Source of the DNA: Bacilli bacterium
Lineage (GTDB): Bacteria; Bacillota_I; Bacilli_A; RF39; UBA660
Assembly: GCA_016283935.1 (NCBI GenBank)
Contig: JAEENX010000013.1
Location: 97,759 to 161,758 of the forward strand
Reading direction: 5' to 3'
DNA length: 64,000 bases
The position numbers and the translations under genes are program-made. The notes beneath the pieces were generated by a model. It did no database searches. It was not told the DNA's origin and worked only from the letters and a program-made list of their open reading frames with translations. Within the stretch, counting starts at the first letter, position 1; every line of letters begins with the position of its first letter. Below, in pieces: positions 29,456 to 38,983 of this stretch.

Positions 29456-30709
29456 GTGAAAAAACTTATAATTAAAGGTGGAAGGGAACTCTCTGGTGAA
29501 ATTCATATTGGAGGAGCTAAGAATTCGATAGTTGCTCTTATACCAGCATCTATCTTAACATCTGGTAAATGTGTTATAAAAAATGTACCAGATATTTCAG
29601 ATGTACATGCATTAATTGAAATAATGAATGAATTAGGATCCAAAGTTAATTATCATGATGAAATCATGGAAATTGATAATAGCCAGGTAAAAAATACTTT
29701 AATAGCTGAGGAATATACAAACAAATTAAGAGCCTCATATTATTTCATGGCTTCTTTATTAGGAAAATATAAAAAAGCAGATATATCATATCCAGGTGGA
29801 TGTATAATTGGATCTAGACCAATTGATTTTACTTTAAATTCGTTTGAAAAAATGGGGGTTTCAATTAAGGAAACTCACGGACATTATAGTATGAAAGCTA
29901 AAAAACTTGAAGGAACTGAAATATTCTTTGATGTACCTTCAGTAGGAGCTACAATTAATTGTATGATAACTGGTGTTCTTGCAAAAGGAACTACTAGAAT
30001 ATTAAATGCTGCAAGAGAACCAGAAATTGTAAATGTTGCTGATTTTTTAATTAGCATGGGAGCTAAAATAAAAGGAGCAGGTACAGGAACAATAGAAGTA
30101 ACAGGTGTTGAATCTTTAGGAGATGGAGAAGTAACTGTTATACCAGATAGAATTGAAGCTGGTACATATGTAATAATTGGAGCACTTCTAGGTAAAAATC
30201 TAAAAGTATCTGGAATTGTAGAAGAACACATCAAATCTTTATTATATAAATTAAAAGAAGCAGGAGCTAATTATAAAATTGTTGGAAACTCAGTAGTTTT
30301 AAACAAGTCAAAACATTTAAAAGCAATTAATGTTAAAACTACAGTATACCCAGGATTCCCAACAGACTTAGGACAACCTATGAGTACATTCCTAACTCAA
30401 TGTGAAGGTGAATCTATATTTGAAGAAACAATCTATGAAAATAGATTAAGACATATTCCTCATTTAGTATCAATGGGAGCTCATATTAATACTTTTGATA
30501 AGAAAGCAGTAATAACTGGTGCTACTAAATTACATGGTACTAGAGTTAAAGCAACAGATCTTAGAGCAGGTGCTTCTATGTTAGTTGCAGGTTTAATTGC
30601 AGATAGAGTAACATCAATTTCGAATATAGAGCATTTATTAAGAGGATACGAAAGAATTGTAGATAAATTAAATGGAGTAGGAGCATCTATTCAATTTACA
30701 GATAATTAA
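29456..30709 (+). CDS. murA: UDP-N-acetylglucosamine 1-carboxyvinyltransferase
   Basis: N-terminus (M)KKLIIKGGRELSGEIHIGGAKNS and the EPSP-synthase fold. GTG start. Confidence 0.9.
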   Translation: MKKLIIKGGRELSGEIHIGGAKNSIVALIPASILTSGKCVIKNVPDISDVHALIEIMNELGSKVNYHDEIMEIDNSQVKNTLIAEEYTNKLRASYYFMASLLGKYKKADISYPGGCIIGSRPIDFTLNSFEKMGVSIKETHGHYSMKAKKLEGTEIFFDVPSVGATINCMITGVLAKGTTRILNAAREPEIVNVADFLISMGAKIKGAGTGTIEVTGVESLGDGEVTVIPDRIEAGTYVIIGALLGKNLKVSGIVEEHIKSLLYKLKEAGANYKIVGNSVVLNKSKHLKAINVKTTVYPGFPTDLGQPMSTFLTQCEGESIFEETIYENRLRHIPHLVSMGAHINTFDKKAVITGATKLHGTRVKATDLRAGASMLVAGLIADRVTSISNIEHLLRGYERIVDKLNGVGASIQFTDN

Positions 30710-30803
30710 TATAATTTACTTGATTTTTATTGGTATTTTCGTTATACTAATCAAGTAATTATTTCTAAGGCATGAATATGTCTTGGCGAAAGGAGAAAAT
30801 TAA

Positions 30804-31004
30804 ATGAAAAAGAATTTACATCCTGAACAAGTAGAATGTACTTTTAAATGTGCATGTGGAGCTACTTTCAAAGCAATGAGTAACAAAGAAGAACAACAAT
30901 TAGAAGTTTGTTCTGAATGTCATCCATTCTATACTGGAGCTCAAGGAAAGAAGAAAAAAACAGGTTCTATCGAAAAATTTAATAAGAAATACGGACTTGA
31001 ATAA
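30804..31004 (+). CDS. rpmE: 50S ribosomal protein L31
   Basis: MKKNLHPEQVECTFKCACGATF... with a CxxC..CxxC-like zinc ribbon (CSECHPFYTG). Confidence 0.9.
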   Translation: MKKNLHPEQVECTFKCACGATFKAMSNKEEQQLEVCSECHPFYTGAQGKKKKTGSIEKFNKKYGLE

Positions 31005-31104
31005 TATAAGTAAGAGGAAACTCTTACTTTTTATTTGTAAACTTATATCATTAAATAATAATTAATTTATATATAATGATATAATACATATAAGGGTGGT
31101 AACT

Positions 31105-32097
31105 ATGAAATTAAGTTATATATTTAAAAGAATAGTATCAATGAACTATAAAAACATGTTTAAAACTATGAACATGGTTCATGATATTAATCATAAAAAT
31201 AGAATTGGTATTTTCTTTGATTGGGCATCATGTGCTAGAAAATATGGAGCAGGATATGTTGATTATTATCAATTTAGAATGTTTGATATGAATGACGATG
31301 AAAGAAAAACAATTATTACTCGTGGTATTAATAATGACATCGTTAAAAGATTCAATGATAAATCTAAAATAAATATATTTGAAGATAAGGCTTTATTTAA
31401 TAAATTATTTGATAAGTATTTAAATAGAGAATGGATATATCTTAAAGATGCATCTAAAGATGATTTTAAAAAGTTTTTAAAAGGTAAAAAAGAAGTAGTA
31501 GTAAAACCATTAGATTTATCATGTGGTAAAGGTGTAGACAAAATTAAAGTACCTAAAGATACCGATAAGCTATATGACCAATTAATGGAATCAGGACAAA
31601 CATTAGTAGAAGATGTTGCTGAACAACATCATTTATTAAACGAATTATATCCTCATTCAGTTAATACATTAAGAATAGTAACATTAAATAAAAAAGTAGT
31701 TACTGCTTATTTAAGAATTGGAAATCATGGTAATGTTGTAGATAACTTTAACCATGGTGGAATGGTAACAGCTATAGATGTTGAAACAGGAATGATTAAT
31801 TATCCAGCGATAGATAAAGATACAAATGTATTTGAAGAACATCCAGAAACTAAAGTTAAAATAGTAGGAATCAAAATTCCTATGTGGGATAAAGTAAAAA
31901 AATTATGTATTGATGCATGTGATGTAGTACCTGAAGTTGGATATATTGCATGGGATGTCTGTTTAGGAGAAAAAGTTCCTTGTTTAATTGAAGGAAATGA
32001 TTTCCCTGGACATGATTTATATGAACTTCCAGTACATAAAAAAGATAGATATGGATTACTTCCAAGATTTGAAGAAGCTATGAAGGAGGATAAATAA
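31105..32097 (+). CDS. ATP-grasp family protein (sugar-transfer-associated / alpha-L-glutamate-ligase-like)
   Basis: ATP-grasp-like core (VVKPLDLSCGKGV, ...EGNDFPG...). Assignment by fold resemblance only. Confidence 0.5.
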   Translation: MKLSYIFKRIVSMNYKNMFKTMNMVHDINHKNRIGIFFDWASCARKYGAGYVDYYQFRMFDMNDDERKTIITRGINNDIVKRFNDKSKINIFEDKALFNKLFDKYLNREWIYLKDASKDDFKKFLKGKKEVVVKPLDLSCGKGVDKIKVPKDTDKLYDQLMESGQTLVEDVAEQHHLLNELYPHSVNTLRIVTLNKKVVTAYLRIGNHGNVVDNFNHGGMVTAIDVETGMINYPAIDKDTNVFEEHPETKVKIVGIKIPMWDKVKKLCIDACDVVPEVGYIAWDVCLGEKVPCLIEGNDFPGHDLYELPVHKKDRYGLLPRFEEAMKEDK

Positions 32098-32098
32098 T

Positions 32099-32536
32099 AT
32101 GAGAGTAGCTATAGCAACAGACCATAATGGTGTAGAACAAAAATCAGAATTAATATTTTTCTTAGGAACTAAAGGAATAGAAGTAGTAGATATGTCTAAA
32201 GACAATAATCCTACTGATGATTATCCTGATTTTGCATTAAGAGTAGCAAATGCAGTTTCTAATAATGAAGTAGATTTAGGTATTCTAATGTGTGGAACAG
32301 GAATAGGTATGTCTATTGCTGCTAATAAAGTTAAAGGTGTAAGATGTGCTAAAGTATCTTCAGAAGAAGAAGCATTCTTAGCTAGACAACATAACAATGC
32401 TAATATTATTGCATTATCATATAAAGCTCCATTAGATGATTTAAAGATAATGATTGATAAATTTGTAACAACAGAATTTTCAAATGATGAAAGACATATA
32501 AGAAGAATTAATAAGATAAGTGAGATAGAAAAATAA
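32099..32536 (+). CDS. rpiB: Ribose-5-phosphate isomerase B (RpiB/LacAB family)
   Basis: MRVAIATDHNG... and GILMCGTGIGMSIAANKVKGVRCA. Confidence 0.85.
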   Translation: MRVAIATDHNGVEQKSELIFFLGTKGIEVVDMSKDNNPTDDYPDFALRVANAVSNNEVDLGILMCGTGIGMSIAANKVKGVRCAKVSSEEEAFLARQHNNANIIALSYKAPLDDLKIMIDKFVTTEFSNDERHIRRINKISEIEK

Positions 32537-32733
32537 TGATTGAATTAATTATATATGCAATTTGCTTATTATCCTCAGTATTTGCTGTAAGTGGAATAAA
32601 CTTTGAAAAAATAATATATAAAGGTGCTATATGGCAAACAAGATTACTTGTATTATTAATTACATTTACTCTTACTGTTGGATCAGCAAACTTATTTATA
32701 TTCTTTATAAATTATATAAAAAATGCAATATAA
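32536..32733 (+). CDS. Small 2-TM membrane protein, hypothetical
   Basis: 65-aa hydrophobic ORF overlapping the rpiB stop (ATGA). Confidence 0.3.
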   Translation: MIELIIYAICLLSSVFAVSGINFEKIIYKGAIWQTRLLVLLITFTLTVGSANLFIFFINYIKNAI

Positions 32734-32763
32734 AAGAGAGACTAAACAGTCTCTCTTTTATTA
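32733..32763 (+). terminator. Rho-independent terminator of the rpiB operon
   Basis: AGAGAGACTAAACAGTCTCTCT followed by TTTTATT. Confidence 0.55.
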
Positions 32764-32777
32764 ATCATTTCATATCT

Positions 32778-32876
32778 AAAAAAAATAGAAGCCGGCCCCC
32801 TGAGACCAGCTTCAAAGAATAAAAAGGGGTTGGCTAGTGTGATACTAGCACCAATTCGCCTGTAAGTGAATTGGTA
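32778..32876 (-). ncRNA. Candidate small RNA of about 100 nt. It has its own promoter and terminator, and is C-rich (RsaE/RoxS-like CCCC motif).
   Basis: Minus strand: TTGACA-17-TAGTAT promoter (plus 32883-32911). Two hairpins follow (CCAATTC..GAATTGG, GCTAGT..ACTAGC). Then single-stranded CCAACCCCUUUUUAUUCUUUGAAG. Then a strong terminator hairpin GAAGCUGGUCUCAGGGGGCCGGCUUC plus U8. Confidence 0.4.
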
Positions 32877-33074
32877 AGATATATACTAATCGAAAGGGGT
32901 ATATTTGTCAACTAAAATATATCGATTTTTAGGTATTTTTCATAATTTTTTTACCAGGGTATAACCTCAGGTTATATCCTATAATTTAAATATAATTTCA
33001 AGTTATAAATGAGGTATTTTTTAGTATTTTATAGATTATAAATGTTATAATAAAAATATGAAAGGAGCATATAT

Positions 33075-35075
33075 ATGGAACTAATAAATATAAAAGGAAT
33101 TGGACCTAAAACATTAGAATTATTAAATAAAGTTAATATATATACAATTGACGATTTAGTTAGATATTATCCATATAGATATAATATTTATACTCCTTCA
33201 AATATTCTTGATGCTTCTTCAGATGATACTATTGTAGTAACTGGAACTGTTACATCAAATGCAAATGTATTTTATATTAGAAGAGGTTTTAATAGATTAA
33301 CCTTTACTTTTGAAACAAATAATATAAATATTAAAGTAGTTATATTTAATCGTGATTTTTATAAAAGACTTATTACTATAGGAAAGACTATATCTTTAAT
33401 TGGAAAATATGATAAATTAAAAAATAATTTTGTATGTGCAGATATTAAATTTAAACCCATATTAAAAACAGAAGTTGAACCTGTTTATCATATGGTATCT
33501 GGATTATCTAAGGCTACATTAATTAAATCTATAGATGTTGCTGTTAATAATTCTTATATAAACGAAATAGTGCCAAGTAATATTTCATCTAAATATGAAT
33601 TAATGAATACCATAGATGCTATCAAAGAAATACATCATCCATCAGATTCAAAAAGATTAAAAGATGCAACTATCAAATTGAAATATGAAGAATTATTTGA
33701 ATTTATGTTTAAAATTAATTTAATAAAATATAAGAATCAAATATTCGATGATTTTGTTGTAAAAGATATATCAGAAGAAATGATAAAGAAAGTATTATCA
33801 TATGTTCCTTTTGATTTAACTGAAGACCAATTGTCTACGTTTAATGATATCATATCTGACTTTAAAGGTATTAAAAGAATGAACAGATTAATATTAGGTG
33901 ATGTTGGATCAGGAAAAACAATTGTATCTTTCCTTTCTATCCTACTAAATCATGAATGTGGATATCAAAGTGCATTATTAGCACCAACTGAAGTATTAGC
34001 TGAACAACATTATAAAAACTTTATGGATTTATTTAAAAAATTAAACTTAAATGTTGCATTATTAGTTGGTTCAGTATCAAAAAAAGATAAAGAAGATATC
34101 TATAAGAGATTAGAAGATGGTTCTATAGATGTTTTAATTGGTACACATGCAATTCTAGAAGATAAAGTGGTTTTTAATAACTTAGGTTTAGTTATTACAG
34201 ATGAACAACACAGATTTGGGGTTAACCAAAGAAATGCACTAAAAAATAAAGGTATGTTTGTAGATGTATTATATATGTCAGCAACACCAATACCTAGAAC
34301 ATATGCATTAACAATATATGGAGATATGGATATATCCATGATTAAACAAAAACCATCTGGTAGAAAAGATATAATAACTGAACAATATAAGTTCAATGAT
34401 ATAAAGACAGTAATGGATTCGATAGAATCACAAATAAAAGAAGGTCATCAAGTATATGTAATAGCGCCATTAATAGAAAATGATGATGAAGAAACTAATG
34501 AATTAAATGATTTAAAAAAGATAAAAGAAATATTATTACAATACTTACCTAAAGAAACAAAAATAGATATTTTACATGGTAAAATGAAAAATGTTGATAA
34601 AGATTCAGTAATGAACAATTTCAAAGATGGTAATTCAGATATTCTATTATCTACAACTGTTGTTGAAGTTGGTGTTGATGTTAAAAACGCTACCGTAATT
34701 ACAATATTCAATGCTGAGAGATTTGGTCTTGCAACTCTTCACCAATTAAGAGGTAGAGTTGGAAGAAACTCTCTACAATCATATTGCTATTTATTATCTG
34801 ATAAAGATTCAGATAGATTAAAAGTACTATGTGAATCAAATGATGGTTTCTATATATCTGAAAAAGATTTTGAATTAAGAGGTTCAGGCGACTTATTTGG
34901 AGTAAGACAATCTGGTGATATGGTATTTAAAATTGCCAATTTACAAACGGATTATAAGATTTTATTACAATGTAAGAAAGATACTGATGTATTTATTAAA
35001 GAAAATATAGAAAATGACTTTGCTAATTATAAATATTATAGTAATATATTACATTGTCTTATGGAAAACAATTAA
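33075..35075 (+). CDS. recG: ATP-dependent DNA helicase RecG
   Basis: Helicase motif I GDVGSGKT, II TDEQHRFG, VI QLRGRVGR. N-terminal wedge domain. Confidence 0.9.
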   Translation: MELINIKGIGPKTLELLNKVNIYTIDDLVRYYPYRYNIYTPSNILDASSDDTIVVTGTVTSNANVFYIRRGFNRLTFTFETNNINIKVVIFNRDFYKRLITIGKTISLIGKYDKLKNNFVCADIKFKPILKTEVEPVYHMVSGLSKATLIKSIDVAVNNSYINEIVPSNISSKYELMNTIDAIKEIHHPSDSKRLKDATIKLKYEELFEFMFKINLIKYKNQIFDDFVVKDISEEMIKKVLSYVPFDLTEDQLSTFNDIISDFKGIKRMNRLILGDVGSGKTIVSFLSILLNHECGYQSALLAPTEVLAEQHYKNFMDLFKKLNLNVALLVGSVSKKDKEDIYKRLEDGSIDVLIGTHAILEDKVVFNNLGLVITDEQHRFGVNQRNALKNKGMFVDVLYMSATPIPRTYALTIYGDMDISMIKQKPSGRKDIITEQYKFNDIKTVMDSIESQIKEGHQVYVIAPLIENDDEETNELNDLKKIKEILLQYLPKETKIDILHGKMKNVDKDSVMNNFKDGNSDILLSTTVVEVGVDVKNATVITIFNAERFGLATLHQLRGRVGRNSLQSYCYLLSDKDSDRLKVLCESNDGFYISEKDFELRGSGDLFGVRQSGDMVFKIANLQTDYKILLQCKKDTDVFIKENIENDFANYKYYSNILHCLMENN

Positions 35076-35172
35076 TTCTAAGCATTTGGTTTATTTTAAT
35101 TGTGTTAATAAGGCTACACTTATCAACAACAATTTATGTTGATGTGATATTATTGAATAGAAGGGTGAAAAT

Positions 35173-36555
35173 ATGAAAGTAACAGGAGTAAAAAAAATAG
35201 CACAAAAAGAATTTGTTAAATTATTAGCAGCAGGATTAGGAGCTGCAATTACTTACTATTCTGTTTTTGGTGGAGCATTAGCAATTGATTCTAAAGAAGA
35301 AGCAGATGCAATAAAAAGGATTAATCCAAAAGCATATGAAGCAATGTTTGATTCTGCAACAGCAGAATACTACAATACTAATCCAAAGAGAATGGAAGAT
35401 AAAAACTTATTAAAGAAAATAGATGCTTTTTTAAAAGGAAATGTAGATTATAGCAAATGTACTTCTATTGAAATAGATTTATTCCATTTTGAATTAGCTG
35501 ATGTATTAGAAGAATGTCCTAATTTAAAAACTATTAAAATTAGAAATGCAAGTATGTTAGATGATGAAAGCATTAGATTATTAAATGAATCAAAAGTACA
35601 ACATGTTGATCTATTATTTGATTACAATGAATTATCAGCTGAATTTGATAACACATTTGATATGTCTAGAATAAATAAAGATTATACTATTTATAATATG
35701 AACTTAGAAGATGATGCTTCTAGAGTATTATTCTATGATTACTTAGTTAACTATGATGAATCTAAAGTAATGGAAACAGATCATATTAAAATAATGAGAA
35801 AACAAATAGATGAAATCTATAATGATATCAATCAAAAAGATGGTACCAATGATCAAATAAAAGCATTTAATATTGCAGCTTATTTGATTGAACACTTAAA
35901 TTATTCTACAGTTAAAGATAATCTTAAAGATGAAAAGATAGATCCTAATTACTATCATCATCCAGTTAATACAGTTGATATCAGTAATGATAAAACTTAT
36001 GATCTAGATGAAAATATTGAAAGATATTATGCTAAGTTATTCACAGTGTTAGCTAAGAAAGCTGGTTTATCTGTAAGAACAGTTTCTGTATATGATAAGA
36101 ATGAAGAAACTAATCTTACAATGAACTTAGTTAAATATAATGATGAACAATTCTATTTATTAGATATACCTAAGATTAGATCTATAAGTTCATCTAGAGA
36201 TTTATTTGCTCATTATAATGCAACTGGTGATTCAATTGAGAGAAATAACTTCAGAAAAGAAGTTATGCCATATTTGTTAGTAGAAAGTAATATTGTAAAT
36301 AACTTTGATTTCAATTACAGAGCTACTTATCATTTCTTCCCATTACCAATTACAATAAAATATCAAGAAGAAATGAAAGAAAAAGCAGCTGAAGCACAAA
36401 GAGATGATGTTAAAGATCAACTTGGTAATACACTTAAGTATTCTAGCTTATTTGGATTTATAGTTGGTGATTTATTTGCAGCAACTAAGCAAAAGATGGA
36501 TGAATACGAAGAAGAAAAGGAAGAAGAAGATCAAAAGAAACTTCGTTTAGTATAA
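35173..36555 (+). CDS. Hypothetical protein with N-terminal signal/anchor and a possible LRR-like segment
   Basis: 460-aa ORF. N-terminal hydrophobic stretch. CPNLKTIKIRNASMLDDESIRLLNES resembles LRR. Confidence 0.35.
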   Translation: MKVTGVKKIAQKEFVKLLAAGLGAAITYYSVFGGALAIDSKEEADAIKRINPKAYEAMFDSATAEYYNTNPKRMEDKNLLKKIDAFLKGNVDYSKCTSIEIDLFHFELADVLEECPNLKTIKIRNASMLDDESIRLLNESKVQHVDLLFDYNELSAEFDNTFDMSRINKDYTIYNMNLEDDASRVLFYDYLVNYDESKVMETDHIKIMRKQIDEIYNDINQKDGTNDQIKAFNIAAYLIEHLNYSTVKDNLKDEKIDPNYYHHPVNTVDISNDKTYDLDENIERYYAKLFTVLAKKAGLSVRTVSVYDKNEETNLTMNLVKYNDEQFYLLDIPKIRSISSSRDLFAHYNATGDSIERNNFRKEVMPYLLVESNIVNNFDFNYRATYHFFPLPITIKYQEEMKEKAAEAQRDDVKDQLGNTLKYSSLFGFIVGDLFAATKQKMDEYEEEKEEEDQKKLRLV

Positions 36556-36556
36556 T

Positions 36557-36587
36557 AAAAAAACTAGCTTTAAACGCTAGTTTTTTT
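36557..36587. terminator. Bidirectional terminator between convergent genes
   Basis: CTAGCTTTAAACGCTAG flanked by A-run and T-run. Confidence 0.5.
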
Positions 36588-37722
36588 CATGCCATATAAC
36601 TTTACTCTTTTTAGTTTTAACTTCTGTTTTAAACTTCACTAGTAATGGTATAGCTATTATTGTTAATACTACATATAACATTACTTTAACATCATTAACA
36701 AAGAATAATAATATTGCTACAGTTATTACTCTAAATATATTTTGAGTACATTCATATAATAGATTAAAATTGTGAAATTCATAATTTTTTGATAACAATA
36801 ATAATTCTTTATTAAATGATTGTTCATACATTTTAGTTGCTAAACCACTTATAAATGTAATTATAAATAATAGAATTCCATATGTATTAATTTGTAATAT
36901 TTTAAATATAAGTAAGAATACAATACTAAATTTTAGATAATTCTTATCTTTATTAATTAATAAACCATATAAATAAACACATATTATAGTAGCTAATTGA
37001 GCTAATAAGTTTATTATTCCTACAGCAGTATATGTATTTTTAACATATATTACTATATATAGTGGTAATAAGAATGTTATTACATTTTGTAATTCGTAAC
37101 ATCCTATAGAAATAATACTAGATATATGTGTAACTCTTATGGTTTCAACTAAATCAATTTTAGTCTTATTTATTTCATATTCAAAATCCATTTTATAGAC
37201 GCAATATAATCCTACTAATAATAGCATAATTGATATATATGTTATTACATGTATAGAAACAAATTCTAATAATAATGAGCCAACATAAGAACTTAATAAT
37301 AATGCTAATTGATTTAATATAGATACCCAAGAATAATCTTTAGAAGTATTATTCTTATCAATTACTTGGAAAGTATAATATCTTCTAGACATCCAATATG
37401 CTCTTCTATAAAGAGCATATAAAAATGCTAGTAATATTAAATACCATATTTTTATTTTTACATAATTAAGAACTATCTGTACAAGTATAAAAGCTATTAT
37501 ACCAATTACAGTTAATATCTTATTAGAATGTCTTTTAGCTATATATATACATGGAAAAGATAGTATAAAAGAAAATATATTAACAAACAAATAATAGAAT
37601 ATGATATTATTTAAATCAAATCCTGCTTTAAATAATATAGTACCAATGAAAAGTTCTATAAGATTTCTTGCAAATGTTGATAAGAATACATATCTATTAA
37701 ACATCTTTCTATTCTTTTCCAT
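36577..37722 (-). CDS. Polytopic integral membrane protein (10-12 TM), function unknown
   Basis: ORF rich in hydrophobic helices. The likely start is the ATG at 37720-37722 (MEKNRK) with AGGTG RBS. Confidence 0.5.
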   Translation of the reverse strand: MEKNRKMFNRYVFLSTFARNLIELFIGTILFKAGFDLNNIIFYYLFVNIFSFILSFPCIYIAKRHSNKILTVIGIIAFILVQIVLNYVKIKIWYLILLAFLYALYRRAYWMSRRYYTFQVIDKNNTSKDYSWVSILNQLALLLSSYVGSLLLEFVSIHVITYISIMLLLVGLYCVYKMDFEYEINKTKIDLVETIRVTHISSIISIGCYELQNVITFLLPLYIVIYVKNTYTAVGIINLLAQLATIICVYLYGLLINKDKNYLKFSIVFLLIFKILQINTYGILLFIITFISGLATKMYEQSFNKELLLLSKNYEFHNFNLLYECTQNIFRVITVAILLFFVNDVKVMLYVVLTIIAIPLLVKFKTEVKTKKSKVIWHEKN

Positions 37723-37743
37723 ATTATTCACCTATTATCAATT

Positions 37744-37859
37744 ATATCATTCTAAATAAAAAAAGTGGACCTCTTTCGAGGTCCTTCAGGGGGTTTTGGT
37801 TGATATACTCTAACACTAAGTAAAAATCGTTAGAGATATCGGCAAGTTTTCCTTGCCTA
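37744..37859 (-). ncRNA. Candidate sRNA or terminator-containing 5' leader of about 115 nt upstream of the membrane-protein gene. It carries a CCCCC motif.
   Basis: Minus strand: TTGATT-17-TAATAT promoter (plus 37866-37894). Hairpins GGCAAG-GAAAA-CUUGCC and CUCUAAC..GUUAGAG follow. Then CAACCAAAACCCCCUGAA. Then terminator GGACCUCGAAAGAGGUCC plus ACUUUUUUUAUUU, ending about 20 nt before the downstream gene's RBS. Confidence 0.35.
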
Positions 37860-37924
37860 GTATAATATTACAGGAAATAGGGATAAAAATCAATAATAAT
37901 TACTTAATATGTATATAAGGTATA

Positions 37925-37956
37925 CACTTAATATTTGATATATAAAATATTAAGTG
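37925..37956. promoter_or_regulatory. Perfect 12-bp-arm inverted repeat (operator-like) upstream of the DUF3883 gene
   Basis: CACTTAATATTT-gatatata-AAATATTAAGTG, about 35 bp upstream of the 37990 start. Confidence 0.4.
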
Positions 37957-37989
37957 ATATTATATATAACCAAGTAAAGGGGAGTTTAT

Positions 37990-38967
37990 ATGTATCATGC
38001 ATATAATGTTGTTCACTTCTTAAATGGTGAAGGATATCAAAAGAGCACTATTATAGAAGATATAAAAAGAACATTTGAAGATTATAGAGCAGGTAAAGGT
38101 AATGATGCTATTTATCAATTCATTTCATCATTTAATAATTATCTAGTAAACAAAACACAAGAATGTTTGAATTTTGCTAACATAATGATGACAGATTGTT
38201 ATCCTAATGAATATCATCAATTATTAGAATACTTTTATATGCCATTCAAAAATTCATCAAATCCAATGGCAGATAAAGCAATATTAGAAGAATATTTTGA
38301 AATAGAAGATTTGAGATTAGATCAAGCGGTTATGATTCTTATAGGAGATAATTATCGTTTCTTATATAATGATAATCAATCTTTTTTAGATAGAATAAAT
38401 TTCTTCTTTAATTATGAACAAATATCATTTGAAGATATTGGAACTAAAGCAAGAGTAGGATGGTTCGAAAGAATGCCTTCTAATCCAAATGAAATTATTT
38501 TAGAATTTAATGAAACTATCCAAAATCCAAATGACCCTAATCAAACTAAAAAAGTAGGTAACTATGGAGAATTAATGTTCTATAATTATTTAACTTCAAT
38601 TGCAAATGAAAATATGCAAGTTATATGGGTATCCAGAGACATAGGTGATGGATTTGGTTATGATATAGCCGTATATGATCAATCAATTAATAAAATAACT
38701 TTATATGAAGTAAAGACAACAACTAAAGAAGAATATTTTAATGATACTACATTAAATGAATATGAATCTAGAATATGTAATTTAACTAAATCATATCCAG
38801 ATACTGATTTCCATATAATAAAAATATTGTTAGGAAATCAAATTAAAATGATTGATATTAATGATAAAACTGAAACAGTTTCAAATATAGCTAATCCTTC
38901 TGAGGGATTTAAAGTATTAAAGAAGTCAGATAAATTTATAAATTCTTATATGGCAATTAAAGAATAA
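37990..38967 (+). CDS. DUF3883-domain protein. The C-terminal domain is restriction-endonuclease-like (PD-(D/E)xK-related).
   Basis: C-terminal ...VGNYGELMFYNYL...VIWVSRDIGDGFGYDIAVYD...ITLYEVKTTT matches the DUF3883 signature (G.GE..V...L ... WVS....GYDI ... IEVKTT). The N-terminal ~190 aa is unassigned. Confidence 0.55.
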   Translation: MYHAYNVVHFLNGEGYQKSTIIEDIKRTFEDYRAGKGNDAIYQFISSFNNYLVNKTQECLNFANIMMTDCYPNEYHQLLEYFYMPFKNSSNPMADKAILEEYFEIEDLRLDQAVMILIGDNYRFLYNDNQSFLDRINFFFNYEQISFEDIGTKARVGWFERMPSNPNEIILEFNETIQNPNDPNQTKKVGNYGELMFYNYLTSIANENMQVIWVSRDIGDGFGYDIAVYDQSINKITLYEVKTTTKEEYFNDTTLNEYESRICNLTKSYPDTDFHIIKILLGNQIKMIDINDKTETVSNIANPSEGFKVLKKSDKFINSYMAIKE

Positions 38968-38983
38968 AAAACTAGGTTTTAAC

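Noticed and set aside
32790-32890. tRNA, tmRNA or RNase P RNA in the GC-rich patch upstream of recG
   Set aside because: No cloverleaf, T-loop GTTC or RNase P conserved regions (GGAAAGTCCGG). It is better explained as a terminator-bearing sRNA on the minus strand.
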